Positions 9,600 to 19,042 of a stretch of DNA of 64,000 nt are shown here, in pieces. The notes below the pieces were generated by a model. It had not been told where the DNA came from and made no database searches. It worked only from the letters and a program-made list of their open reading frames with translations. The stretch covers positions 1,035 to 65,034 of the forward strand of contig BJHT01000005.1 in NCBI GenBank assembly GCA_014193395.1, read 5' to 3'. A program made the position numbers and the translations under genes. The number at the start of each line of letters is the position of its first letter. Within the stretch, counting starts at the first letter, position 1. The DNA is from Verrucomicrobiota bacterium. GTDB taxonomy: Bacteria; Verrucomicrobiota; Verrucomicrobiia; Limisphaerales; BJHT01.

Positions 9600-12500
9600 T
9601 CATGGTCGTGGGACTTTCGCAGGCTTGCTGAAAGGGAACTCCTTGAAGGCCTCCGGCTGCAGGCCGATGCCCCGTTTGATGAGTTCGGGGTTGGTGGCGA
9701 AGAAGGTGTCAAAGTCCGCCTTAAACCCGGCGTCCATCATCCGATCCGGACTAAAACCCGATCTGTCCTTGGGATTACCGGCCACCCCCGGATCGCCGGC
9801 GAACTGGGGGTCGGCGAAGAGCGGTTCGAGAACGTGCCCGCCCAAGTGTTTGAGGGTCCTGGTTCCATCCAGCGCCCGCTGTTCCAGCGGAATGCAATCG
9901 CGCAGGAAGAAGGCGCTGTTCCGCACGAAGAATGACTCGAGCTCCCCGTCACAACACAGCACCCCGATGTTCAGTCTCGCCTTCTTGTCCAGCATGTCGG
10001 TGAAGATGCAGTTCTCCATGGTGGCTAGCTGCTTCTTTTGATTGCGATGCACAAACGCCATGATCATCGGCTCGGCGAAGACCGTGTTGCGGATGACCAG
10101 GTTCGGGCAGCGCCAGAAATACATGCCGCCGAATTTGTAGGTGTTGACACAGTTCTGGATCAGCAGGCCGTCGATGTGAAACGCCGTCACCGGATTCGCC
10201 GAGTACCCGCCGCGACCCTCGGAAAAACAGCGGGTGATCGCGATGTCCTTGCCCGAGTAGAGATGAAACTCGCCACAGTGCTGCAAGCTCCAGCCGTCGT
10301 TCGGGAAGAGATTGAAGTGGGCAAGGTAGAAGCCATCGAAACGCAGATGACTCTTGCCACCCACGACGAAAGCGGTGTGAAGGGCCATGTTGTTACCGTC
10401 GAGGTCCACCCGCTCTCCCGGCAGCGAACGGAAGGTGATGGGACTCCCCTCCTCGCCGGTGGCGCGAATACGGATGCGCTCGGAGTATTTCCCGCCAGCA
10501 ATGAGCACAGTATCGCCGACATTCACCCGCGTGGCGGCGTGATGAATGGTCTGCCACGCGTTTTGTCGGTCCAGGCCGCTGCTGGCATTGTTTCCGTTGG
10601 TTGCGACGTAATAAGTCGTGGGCGGAGGATTCTCTCTCAGCGTGGTGAAGGTGATAGGTGCGTCGGTCAGTTTGAGCGGCGTGGTTTCCACCTTGGGAAG
10701 CAGGTCCGCGGGCCGGTCGATGGACCGGAGCGCGAAGTAATAGCGCTGCCCCGGTTTCAATCCAGTCAGGCTGTAAATGCCAAAACAATTGACATTGAAG
10801 CTCGCCGAACGCTCGCACGCCGGCGTCTCGCCCCAGGCCAGTTGGCAGGTAGCGGGCAGCGAGGTCGTCCATTCCAGGTTGGCCGTGGTCGCACTGACGG
10901 AATGCACCACCGGTTTGCCAACCAGACTAAGTTCCGTGCGTCGCGCCCTGACTTCATGCCGCCCGATCGCGCTGCCCAACGGACCGCCCGCGGAAAACAA
11001 GCTGGCATTCTTCAGAGCTAAGACGCCCTCACTGACGGCGAACTCCGGCCTCAGCTCCTGCGAGTGCCGATCGTGTTTCGCCTGCACCTCAGTCAACGTG
11101 CGATTCCTACCACCGACTTCCCACGCCGTGGCTGCGTTACGGTAGCTATTGTAGTCCGAATAGATCACCGCGCCCGCGTCGGTGAGCTTCAGCGCCGCGC
11201 CGCGGGCATTGCCGAAGAGATTCCCGCGCAGGTCCACCTGTCCGCAATCCTTCAATGAGAGCGATGCCTCTTGGTCGCTGGTGAAGACGCAGTGCGATAG
11301 CATCAGTCCGGCGACGTCCACCGCAGCCAAGGCATTACCTTTCGCCGCCAATTCACAGTTATCGAAAGCAATCCCACTGCTCTTGCTCACCTCCACTCCG
11401 CCATCGAAATACAGCCGCTCGAATCGCAAACCCCGGCTGTTGCCCGCGCTCACGGCTCCGCGGATCAACACCCGCCCTTTGCCGCGGCCACGAATCGCCA
11501 CCGCCGCGTCCGCTCTCCCTGATATCGCAATGCCGAGATTCCCCACATACACGCCAGGTTCAAGGTCGAGCGTATCACCCGCACGGAGTTTGCCTACGGC
11601 GAGACTCAGGGTTTTCCACGCGCCGGCCACAGAGAGTCCGTCCGCCCGGTCGTCACCGTCAGGCTTCACATAGAAGATATTAGTCAAGTATGGGAACGGC
11701 CCCAGATCCTTCCCGTTGAGTCCCCTGCCCCGGTAGCGAGAAGTCGCTTGCAGGCGATAGTCGTGATGATCGGGATCAGCGAACTCCTGTTGCGGGACAA
11801 TCCCGGCGTCACTGCTAAGATCGATGTTGTCAATCAAGCTGGCCTGCGCCTTCGCGGCCCCGCGACCGAGGAGACTGTTCGTGACATTGATTACACTCCA
11901 CAAACCGGCTCCCACACAGTTCACCGCTGCGTGATGGTATTCGTAGCCCGTCTTGATCTTGATGTCCGCCGTCTCATTGCCCCACGCCAAATTGTTGGCC
12001 AGCAGGCTCCGGTTCTTTGGTTCGTTACCGCCGTCGTCCTTGTAGTTAGGGGCCGCACCGCCCGTGCCGTAGATGTTGATACCATACATGCCGTTGAGAA
12101 AGGCGGTCGAGTTACGGATGACATCGCGGCGGGCCGCGAAGACGGTGATGCCACCCATGTCACCATTTGCGAACGGCGACTTGTTGGCCCAGGAGACACA
12201 GTGCTCGATGAGATTGTCACCGCTGCCCGGCGGCCCCGAGTGCAGGCCGATGCCCCACGCGTTCAGATAGGCGTGGCAATGGCGGATGACACAGCCTTTG
12301 CCCGATACGAGATAGATGCCCCACACCCCACCCGCGGTTTCCTCGCGATAGTGCTGCAGTTCCATCGCACAGAAGCCCGTGACGGCGATGCCCTCGATCA
12401 CCACCCGTCGCGGGCGCAACAGCCGCACGCCGTGAGTCGGTAGCGTGGAGACACTGTACTTATGGGTCGTCGCGGGCTGTAAGTCGGAGGTGGAGACGTA

Positions 12501-13037
12501 GAGTTTCCCGGCGCGATGATCGTGGTGGAACGTGCCGGGAATGAAATCCAGTTCGGTGTAGTTCGGCATGCGCCGCAGAATGGTGAGAGTATCTATCTCA
12601 TTCACCGCGGGAACCTCGCCTTTGAAATCAAAGTCCGCGACCGAGACAAAACGGTGGCCGGCCAGCGGACGAAACACCGGTGCCGGCACATCGCCCCGCA
12701 GCAGCACCGTGCCCGCGATCTCAGCGCGAATGGTTGTCTCTTTGTCGAGGCTGCCGAGGTCACTGCGTTGGATTGTCTCATGGTATTCGCCCGGCCCGAT
12801 GGTGAGTGTGTCGCCGGGCTGTAGCGCGTTGACTCCATGTTGAATGGTCGCGAAGGCTGCGGCTCGCGAAGTTCCCGCGTTATTATCCCGGCCCTGCTTG
12901 GTGACGAAGTAGTCTGCCGCCGATGAGTGGGTAACTGCACCGGCCAGCGCCACCAGCAGCACCAAGGCCCGCTCCAGGCCGAAGGTGCAGAGGTTCGTCA
13001 ACCGTGCGGTAAGATCTGAAGTCGCTTTGGTATTCAC
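9600..13037 (-). CDS. Secreted right-handed parallel beta-helix protein (pectate-lyase-like) with FN3-like insert
   Basis: Three YxV..G.D...G...A(W/F).T....GDT..I..G.Y starts; DYRLQATS; FN3-like SATTANLEW..GLKPGQRYYF. Confidence 0.75.
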   Translation of the reverse strand: MNTKATSDLTARLTNLCTFGLERALVLLVALAGAVTHSSAADYFVTKQGRDNNAGTSRAAAFATIQHGVNALQPGDTLTIGPGEYHETIQRSDLGSLDKETTIRAEIAGTVLLRGDVPAPVFRPLAGHRFVSVADFDFKGEVPAVNEIDTLTILRRMPNYTELDFIPGTFHHDHRAGKLYVSTSDLQPATTHKYSVSTLPTHGVRLLRPRRVVIEGIAVTGFCAMELQHYREETAGGVWGIYLVSGKGCVIRHCHAYLNAWGIGLHSGPPGSGDNLIEHCVSWANKSPFANGDMGGITVFAARRDVIRNSTAFLNGMYGINIYGTGGAAPNYKDDGGNEPKNRSLLANNLAWGNETADIKIKTGYEYHHAAVNCVGAGLWSVINVTNSLLGRGAAKAQASLIDNIDLSSDAGIVPQQEFADPDHHDYRLQATSRYRGRGLNGKDLGPFPYLTNIFYVKPDGDDRADGLSVAGAWKTLSLAVGKLRAGDTLDLEPGVYVGNLGIAISGRADAAVAIRGRGKGRVLIRGAVSAGNSRGLRFERLYFDGGVEVSKSSGIAFDNCELAAKGNALAAVDVAGLMLSHCVFTSDQEASLSLKDCGQVDLRGNLFGNARGAALKLTDAGAVIYSDYNSYRNAATAWEVGGRNRTLTEVQAKHDRHSQELRPEFAVSEGVLALKNASLFSAGGPLGSAIGRHEVRARRTELSLVGKPVVHSVSATTANLEWTTSLPATCQLAWGETPACERSASFNVNCFGIYSLTGLKPGQRYYFALRSIDRPADLLPKVETTPLKLTDAPITFTTLRENPPPTTYYVATNGNNASSGLDRQNAWQTIHHAATRVNVGDTVLIAGGKYSERIRIRATGEEGSPITFRSLPGERVDLDGNNMALHTAFVVGGKSHLRFDGFYLAHFNLFPNDGWSLQHCGEFHLYSGKDIAITRCFSEGRGGYSANPVTAFHIDGLLIQNCVNTYKFGGMYFWRCPNLVIRNTVFAEPMIMAFVHRNQKKQLATMENCIFTDMLDKKARLNIGVLCCDGELESFFVRNSAFFLRDCIPLEQRALDGTRTLKHLGGHVLEPLFADPQFAGDPGVAGNPKDRSGFSPDRMMDAGFKADFDTFFATNPELIKRGIGLQPEAFKEFPFSKPAKVPRP

Positions 13038-13071
13038 GGTGGTTTCTTAGCTGCGGGTGGAGTTTAGGTAA

Positions 13072-14289
13072 CTAGCGCGGAGCCGTCGCCTTGTTGATTA
13101 ACTGGCGGAGTTTTGTTGCAGGACCTGGCTTGCCCGCGGTGATGTCCGCTTCGTTGGTGATGGCGAACAGTATCTCCCGCGCTCCAGCGCGTTCGCGGTC
13201 GTAGATGATGTAGAGCTTGCCCGCGTCTGTCTCGATGGCATCGGGATAAGACACCTGGCTGCGGTCATCTAACAAGAGCCGGTGCGGCCAGGTCTTACCC
13301 TCATCTTCCGATAGCATGGCGGTGAGATGGCTGCGTTGCGCGAGGAGCGAGCCTGTACGGGCGAAGCCCACATGATTCACCATCAGCAAGCGTCCCGACC
13401 GCAGGCGTCGCACATGAAACCGGGAGCCAGGCCCTTCAATGGATGAGCGCACGGGAGCACTCCAGGTGACGCCGCCGTCTTTCGAGGTCGTTTCTGCGAG
13501 ACCGTCCTTGATCCGCATGGGCATCCAGAGCGAGCCGTCGTTTCGCTCAATGATGATGTGTTCCATGCCGCCGCCGGTAGTCTTGCCATCCCAGTCGGCG
13601 TTGCGCCCCGGAGCGCCGCCGATCCAAGTGTAACTCCGACCCTGGTCACGAGACCGCACGATTCCCGCACCATGGGCACGGTCATACCAATGCGCCACGG
13701 GCAACAGCCAGGTGCCATCGCGCAGCACGGTCGGCTTGTTCAACATGATGCCGTCGCAGATACGGACCGGCCTGGTCCAGGTGGAGTCAGCGCGTCCGGG
13801 TTGCTCGCACGCCGTGAACCACACGCCCCAGCGACCGTCGTGGAGCTGCTTCGCCGCCTCGTTTTGCGTGTAGAACACCAGCAAGCGTTCGTCGGGTGTG
13901 GTCCAGAGACAGGAGTCGGAGGTGCGCACCGTGTTGGGTGGATCGATCACCAACACCGGCTCGGTCCAAGTGACCCCGTCATCGCCGCTCGTGACCACCA
14001 CGACATAGTTCTCCTTAGATTCGCCGCGTCCGCCGGAATACCAGGTCGCCCAGAGCCGCCCAGACTTTGCGTCCCGCGCCAGTCCCGGCACGCCCTGATA
14101 GAGACGGGCCGCCGACTGATACTCGGGGCCTGGATTCGTGTTGAGCGGCACGGGGGCGAGCGCTTCTTCCTTGATAGCCTCGGCCGCCCGTGTCGTGACT
14201 GGGATCACGAGTAAAAGCGCGGCAGTGAGAACTGTGATTGGGACGGACAGGCAGCGCACGGCAGCGAAGGAATTCGAGCTAGACCTCAT
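13072..14289 (-). CDS. BNR-repeat exo-alpha-sialidase-like protein
   Basis: Asp-boxes SGDDGVTW, SRDQGRSY, SKDGGVTW, SEDEGKTW; VSYPD; signal peptide. Confidence 0.85.
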   Translation of the reverse strand: MRSSSNSFAAVRCLSVPITVLTAALLLVIPVTTRAAEAIKEEALAPVPLNTNPGPEYQSAARLYQGVPGLARDAKSGRLWATWYSGGRGESKENYVVVVTSGDDGVTWTEPVLVIDPPNTVRTSDSCLWTTPDERLLVFYTQNEAAKQLHDGRWGVWFTACEQPGRADSTWTRPVRICDGIMLNKPTVLRDGTWLLPVAHWYDRAHGAGIVRSRDQGRSYTWIGGAPGRNADWDGKTTGGGMEHIIIERNDGSLWMPMRIKDGLAETTSKDGGVTWSAPVRSSIEGPGSRFHVRRLRSGRLLMVNHVGFARTGSLLAQRSHLTAMLSEDEGKTWPHRLLLDDRSQVSYPDAIETDAGKLYIIYDRERAGAREILFAITNEADITAGKPGPATKLRQLINKATAPR

Positions 14290-15866
14290 GGCTTGCCTTC
14301 GAGTTGCAAAGCCTCACGGAAGCTAGCGAGTGACTCGGCTTCCTTGCCTTGGGCGGCGTAAGCGTGGCCGTAAGCGCGGAGGAGCCTGACGCGCCAGGAG
14401 GTTGCCATGCCTGCCAGATTGCCATAGGTCTGGAGCAAGGCGAGGGCTTCATCGGGCTTCACTTGATTGGTGAGGATGCGGGCGATGGAAACGGTGGCAG
14501 TGAGTGGTTGCCAGCCATTGCCTTTGCCGGTGATAGCCAAGGCCTCACGATACGCGGCCAGCGCCTGAGTGTCGTCGTTCAGGTTATTGGTGTAGTTATC
14601 GGCAAGCGTGAGCCAGAGGGTTTCGTTGCGGGGAGTTAGTTTGAGAGCGGCCTTGAGGTCAGTCTCGGCATGGCTGCCATCTTTCAGGAAAGAATAGGTC
14701 TGGCCGCGCAGGTGGAGTGACTCGGCGGCTTGGCGGGATAGTTCCGCAGGCCAGGTGCTGAAGTCTTCGGTGGCAAACTGTTCGATGAGTTCCTTCCAGC
14801 GGCGCTCTTGTAACAGGGCCTGCATACGCTGGGGGACTAACTCCCGGGACGAGGTATAGTCACGGTAACGGACGGCAACGCTGGCCGCCTGCGAGTCACC
14901 GTGATGAAAATAGAGACGGTGCCGCAGGGTGAGACTTTTGCTGGCGGGCAGGGTGTAGTCGCCGGAGTGAGAGTTGCAGGCGGGGCAGTTGGTGCCGGCC
15001 GGGGAACAGATCACGGTTTTGTGGTCGTTGTAGTTGGCTTTGAAGTGATCGGTGCCGAAGCGGTTGGCGGTGATGAGTCCATAGGTTCGCGCGTGCCAGG
15101 GCGTGGGGAAACGGAGGTTCGCGGGATGATCGAACAGGGCAATGCCGACGGTCTTCCCGCTGGCGTCAGGGCCGGAGTAGTCGGCCCACTCGGCGCGTTT
15201 GCCCCACGCGGCTTCGTTGCGGTCGCCGCGACTGTTGAGGATCGTGCCGCTGCCTTTCTCACCTTTCTCGGACTCGACTTTCATGGTGTTCGCGACGCGC
15301 ACCAAGAGGCCGCCGTCGCGTTTGTCACCGAACCGCACGGGGGCGCCGGCGGGGGCGTGGAGAGTGACATCGTAGTCGAGCAGCAGTTCGCGGTTCGGCA
15401 ACGGCGTGAAGGCGAGACGCACCTGTTCGCGGAGGACGAGCTTGCCGTCGCCAAGCCATTGGTTCCAGAGGATGACTTCGCCGGATTTGCCGGAAGTCAT
15501 CTTTTCTATCTTTTCGAGACGGACTTCCGCCTTGTGTTTGGCGCGTTCCTTGCCGGGCGCCCACCAGAAGTTGAAACCGTTCACGTCGCTATGGGAGAAA
15601 CGGATGGAGCGATGATGGGGATGATCCTGCTCCTCGCCAGGCACGCCGGGTTTCATGGGGAAGTGTCGGGTGACACTCTCACCGTTTGGACCGATGACCG
15701 GGTAGAGAAATGGCCCGGCCCATTCCTGATGCCGCCATTCGGTGAAGAGTGTGCCGTCGATGGTGACGCGGATACGATCGGGGAGTTCGGTGATGGTGAC
15801 TTCGGCGGTGAGTCGGTGGGTGAATAGCTGGGTAAGGAGGATGACACTGAAGAGGAATTGTTTCAT
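14286..15866 (-). CDS. PmoA-family (DUF6807) domain fused to C-terminal TPR-like helical repeats
   Basis: DHPHHRS, WGKRAEWADYSG, DHPAN..PTPWHARTYGL; C-terminal AYGHAYAAQGKEAESLASFREAL; signal peptide from MKQFLF. Confidence 0.8.
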   Translation of the reverse strand: MKQFLFSVILLTQLFTHRLTAEVTITELPDRIRVTIDGTLFTEWRHQEWAGPFLYPVIGPNGESVTRHFPMKPGVPGEEQDHPHHRSIRFSHSDVNGFNFWWAPGKERAKHKAEVRLEKIEKMTSGKSGEVILWNQWLGDGKLVLREQVRLAFTPLPNRELLLDYDVTLHAPAGAPVRFGDKRDGGLLVRVANTMKVESEKGEKGSGTILNSRGDRNEAAWGKRAEWADYSGPDASGKTVGIALFDHPANLRFPTPWHARTYGLITANRFGTDHFKANYNDHKTVICSPAGTNCPACNSHSGDYTLPASKSLTLRHRLYFHHGDSQAASVAVRYRDYTSSRELVPQRMQALLQERRWKELIEQFATEDFSTWPAELSRQAAESLHLRGQTYSFLKDGSHAETDLKAALKLTPRNETLWLTLADNYTNNLNDDTQALAAYREALAITGKGNGWQPLTATVSIARILTNQVKPDEALALLQTYGNLAGMATSWRVRLLRAYGHAYAAQGKEAESLASFREALQLEGKP

Positions 15867-15886
15867 GGGTTGGGCAGGGGAAAATT

Positions 15887-16234
15887 CTAGTTCTGGGCGA
15901 AGGCTTCGATCAGGTACCACTCGCGGATGACGGCTTCCTCGACGCGGGGCAGGGTGCGGTAATGGGTCGCGCTCAATTCGGAACGCAGTGCGTTCCAATT
16001 TGGGAAGGCGTTATAGAAGAGCCGCATGTAACGCAGGTTCGAGGCATCAAACCTATCCCCGAATTCGGTCGTCAGTTGCCGGTCCAGGCGGTCGAGCAGC
16101 CCGTGTTCATACGCGGCGCGGATGACTTCCCGCAGATCGTGGAACAGCGTCTCGACGACCGGCACGTTGTTGGCGGCGGCGGGGGCTTGAGCCGCGGGCT
16201 TGCGTTGCGGCTTGGGCTTTGGTTTGGCGGGCAT
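15887..16234 (-). pseudogene. Truncated DUF1016/YhcG N-terminal fragment
   Basis: FDASNLRYMRLFY..F..ELSATHYR...REWYLIEA resembles the YhcG N-terminal domain; stops before any PD-(D/E)XK domain. Confidence 0.75.
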
Positions 16235-16361
16235 TGGAGGAGTCTAGGTTGTGCGGGGAGTGAGGCAAGGCGGCGTTCAATTCGCAGTTTGGAAGAGGCG
16301 CAACTCGCGGCCGGCTGCGGTACCGGGATGCGGAATGGGCAGTCCACGAATGCGCCTGTTC

Positions 16362-19004
16362 CTATTCCAGCAGCAGCATCCGGGTCTGCACGGCTTCTAG
16401 CTCCAGAGTTACTTCGCGCACATCTTTGCCAAGCACCACGCCGGTCATGGCGTCGCGCACGGTGGCGGGGCGGGGCAGGCGCAGGGTGCGTTTGCCGGCC
16501 TTGACGGCGTGGAGGGAGACGAAGCTGTCGCTGGCGTAGATGACGTCGTTTTCTTCGGACCAGATGTTGCAGCCGGCCTGGCGCGCGGTGGCGCGGAGCA
16601 GTTCGGCGGGCAGTGGAATGGCGCAGGACCAGAGGACGGCGTAATCGTCCGCGCCGCGCGGGCCGGGCTGGCCGTTGCCCGCGCCGCCGCGGCCGTTTTC
16701 GCGTAGGAAGAGGCCGGGGCGGTTGATGAAGAAGGAGGTGTTCGACCAACCCAGCGACGCGGCTTTGGCCTCGGCGACGGCTTTGTCGGCGGGGATGAGG
16801 GTCGGGCCGTAGGCATAGGTGTCGCCGTAGATATGACCGGCGGACAGTTCCCGGACGATAGGATGATTTTGTCCGCGCGGTTCCTGCACGATGACACGGC
16901 GCTGGGTGGTGCGCGGGACGAGTTCCATTTTCACACCGAGGAGGCGGGTGGCGGGTTCGGCAGTGAGATGCTGTCCGTCGGTGATGCCGGTGCCGGGACC
17001 GAAAATAGCGACGTGACCATCTCGCAATACTTTCTTGCGCAGCAAAGCCATCACGTCGTCATCCACGCGGAATAGGTTGGGGAAGAAGAATACCTTGTAG
17101 TTTGGGAAGTTATCTTTGCGCAGGTCGCTAAGGAGATAGATGCGGTAAGGAACGCCGCAGTGCGCGAGGCCCTGGATACGCTGCCAGATGACGGCGAGCG
17201 ACTGGAAACCGCTGGTGAAGTCCTCATACATCGGGCTGGTGTCATCGATGATGAAGGCGATGGCGTCGGTAGTCTCGCGGTGTGGCGCGGCGGCAACGCG
17301 GCCGAGCATGGGTATGATGCGGGCGATGACTTCCTGGATTTTAGGATCGTGAAAATAGGAGGAGCCGACATTGCACCAATAGGAGTGGAAATTGCGCGAG
17401 AGAGCCATGCCTTCGTTGCGGAGGAGGCCGGCTTCCAACTCGATGGGAGTGAGGAAGGCACCTTGATTTTCCGCGCCCTGACCTACCCACGAGCGGGCGT
17501 CATTTTCAGCGAGCAGAGTCTTGCCCCGGAGGACCATCGAGTCGGCGGGGCCTTCGGGTTCCCATGCGAAGCCGACGGTGCGCGCGTGGTAGTCGGCGGG
17601 CGTCCAGAGTGCGTCGAGCGTGGGATCGTCGAGGAGTTCGCCCTGATCCCACGAGCCGGAGAGTTGGAGGACGTTGGGGAAATCGCGCGGTTCGCCGACG
17701 CCATCGAACGCGGAGAGAATCTGCCAGCCCATCAGGGGTTGCTTGGCGACATCGGCGGCGACGAGGCGCGTGCGGCCGAGCGCGGCGGACTGTTCCTTGA
17801 GCGCGGTGGTGATGGTGCGGAGCCAGCGGAGGAACATCGCGCGCTCGAAGCGGCAGTAGTCGAGTTCGCGGGCGGCATCGACGGGTTCGATCCAATGGAA
17901 GAGGCCGCGGTCGCGCGTGCCGGAATTGGACTCGAGCCGGCCGGCACCGAAGGGCTTGCCACCGACGGTCGGTGTGCCGGTGGTGCGTTTCAGTTTCCAC
18001 TCTTGGTCGCGCGGGACGGCGACGGTGTCGAAGGTGACGTTGGTATTGCCCCACGCCTTGCGCAGTGCGGCTTCGTCGGGGTATTGGCGTTTCACCCAAA
18101 GGCGAAACTCCTGCTGATTGACCGCCGAGCAATCGAACATCTTGCCGGTGAGCGTGAGCGGCAGGAGGCCCTCGCCGTAGGGCAGCGCAAGATAGCCGAT
18201 GATGCGGTCACTCCACGGCTGCGCTTCGCAGTAGGAGACGACGTTGCGCAGCGAGCGGTTGAGGCCGTCGAGATACGAGGGCGAGGAGATGCTGGCGTGG
18301 CGGAGGCGGTTGCCTTCGTCGTCGGTCTGGACTTCGCCGGGGCGTTTTTTCGTCCACGCCAGCGGGGCGGAGACCGTGGCGCGAACATAGAAACGCGCGG
18401 TGGGACAGCGTTCGATAATGAAGCGGGCCTGGTTGGTGACGGAGCCGGTGACGGCGGGTTCGGCGGTCGGGAACACGCCGTCGTCGGGCCAGAAGGGCGA
18501 GTCGAAATAATCCGAGGGCGGATGGCGGATGTTGAGGAAAAAGACCGTCTCGCCGCTGCGGACGAATTCATTGATGCGCTCCTTCCACTTGTCGGTCATG
18601 GGCGCGATGTAGTCGTTGTAGGCGTGGAGCGGGAGGGGCTTGCCGTTTTGCAGGATGAAGGCGCGGCCGCGGTCGGTTTTCAGCAGCGGTGCGGGAGCGG
18701 CGTCGGCGGACGGGATGAGGGCGAGCAAGAGGGTGAGGAGGAGGGAGAGGGACGCTATAAGATGTGCAGGTAGGCGGAGGCGGCGCGAGATGGGAAGCGC
18801 CGCAACCCCCTGGGGAGCGCACGCCGCTGGCGTGCTGTTTTCGGCGGCTCGCCGAAAACCTCGTGCCACTAACTTCTCCCCGCCGAAGTGATGGCAGAAC
18901 GGGGAACGACGGTTTGGGCGGGCCGCCCAAACCGGCACGCGGGCCGCGTGCGCTCCCCATTCGGTTGCGGCGCTCGGAATCAACGGACGGTGGGCGTTTT
19001 GCAT
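16362..19004 (-). CDS. Secreted GH42/beta-galactosidase-like TIM-barrel protein
   Basis: FRLWVKRQYPDEAALRKAWG; class-I GATase-like trimerisation region GVPYRIYLLSDL..YKVFFFPN; start 19004 or 19028. Confidence 0.65.
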   Translation of the reverse strand: MQNAHRPLIPSAATEWGAHAARVPVWAARPNRRSPFCHHFGGEKLVARGFRRAAENSTPAACAPQGVAALPISRRLRLPAHLIASLSLLLTLLLALIPSADAAPAPLLKTDRGRAFILQNGKPLPLHAYNDYIAPMTDKWKERINEFVRSGETVFFLNIRHPPSDYFDSPFWPDDGVFPTAEPAVTGSVTNQARFIIERCPTARFYVRATVSAPLAWTKKRPGEVQTDDEGNRLRHASISSPSYLDGLNRSLRNVVSYCEAQPWSDRIIGYLALPYGEGLLPLTLTGKMFDCSAVNQQEFRLWVKRQYPDEAALRKAWGNTNVTFDTVAVPRDQEWKLKRTTGTPTVGGKPFGAGRLESNSGTRDRGLFHWIEPVDAARELDYCRFERAMFLRWLRTITTALKEQSAALGRTRLVAADVAKQPLMGWQILSAFDGVGEPRDFPNVLQLSGSWDQGELLDDPTLDALWTPADYHARTVGFAWEPEGPADSMVLRGKTLLAENDARSWVGQGAENQGAFLTPIELEAGLLRNEGMALSRNFHSYWCNVGSSYFHDPKIQEVIARIIPMLGRVAAAPHRETTDAIAFIIDDTSPMYEDFTSGFQSLAVIWQRIQGLAHCGVPYRIYLLSDLRKDNFPNYKVFFFPNLFRVDDDVMALLRKKVLRDGHVAIFGPGTGITDGQHLTAEPATRLLGVKMELVPRTTQRRVIVQEPRGQNHPIVRELSAGHIYGDTYAYGPTLIPADKAVAEAKAASLGWSNTSFFINRPGLFLRENGRGGAGNGQPGPRGADDYAVLWSCAIPLPAELLRATARQAGCNIWSEENDVIYASDSFVSLHAVKAGKRTLRLPRPATVRDAMTGVVLGKDVREVTLELEAVQTRMLLLE
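18796..18974. repeat. Nested palindromic element (agcgccgcaacc arms + GGAG REP doublet) inside the 5' coding region
   Basis: 12-bp perfect outer inverted repeat; inner tggggagcgcac...gtgcgctcccca (18811-18959) with four hairpins. Confidence 0.85.
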
Positions 19005-19042
19005 AGGAAACGGATAGCGGTACGGCATTGGCGAAGACAGCT

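Noticed and set aside
14286-15866. Methane monooxygenase pmoA
   Set aside because: The Pfam name is misleading; this is a soluble secreted protein with no pmoCAB context.
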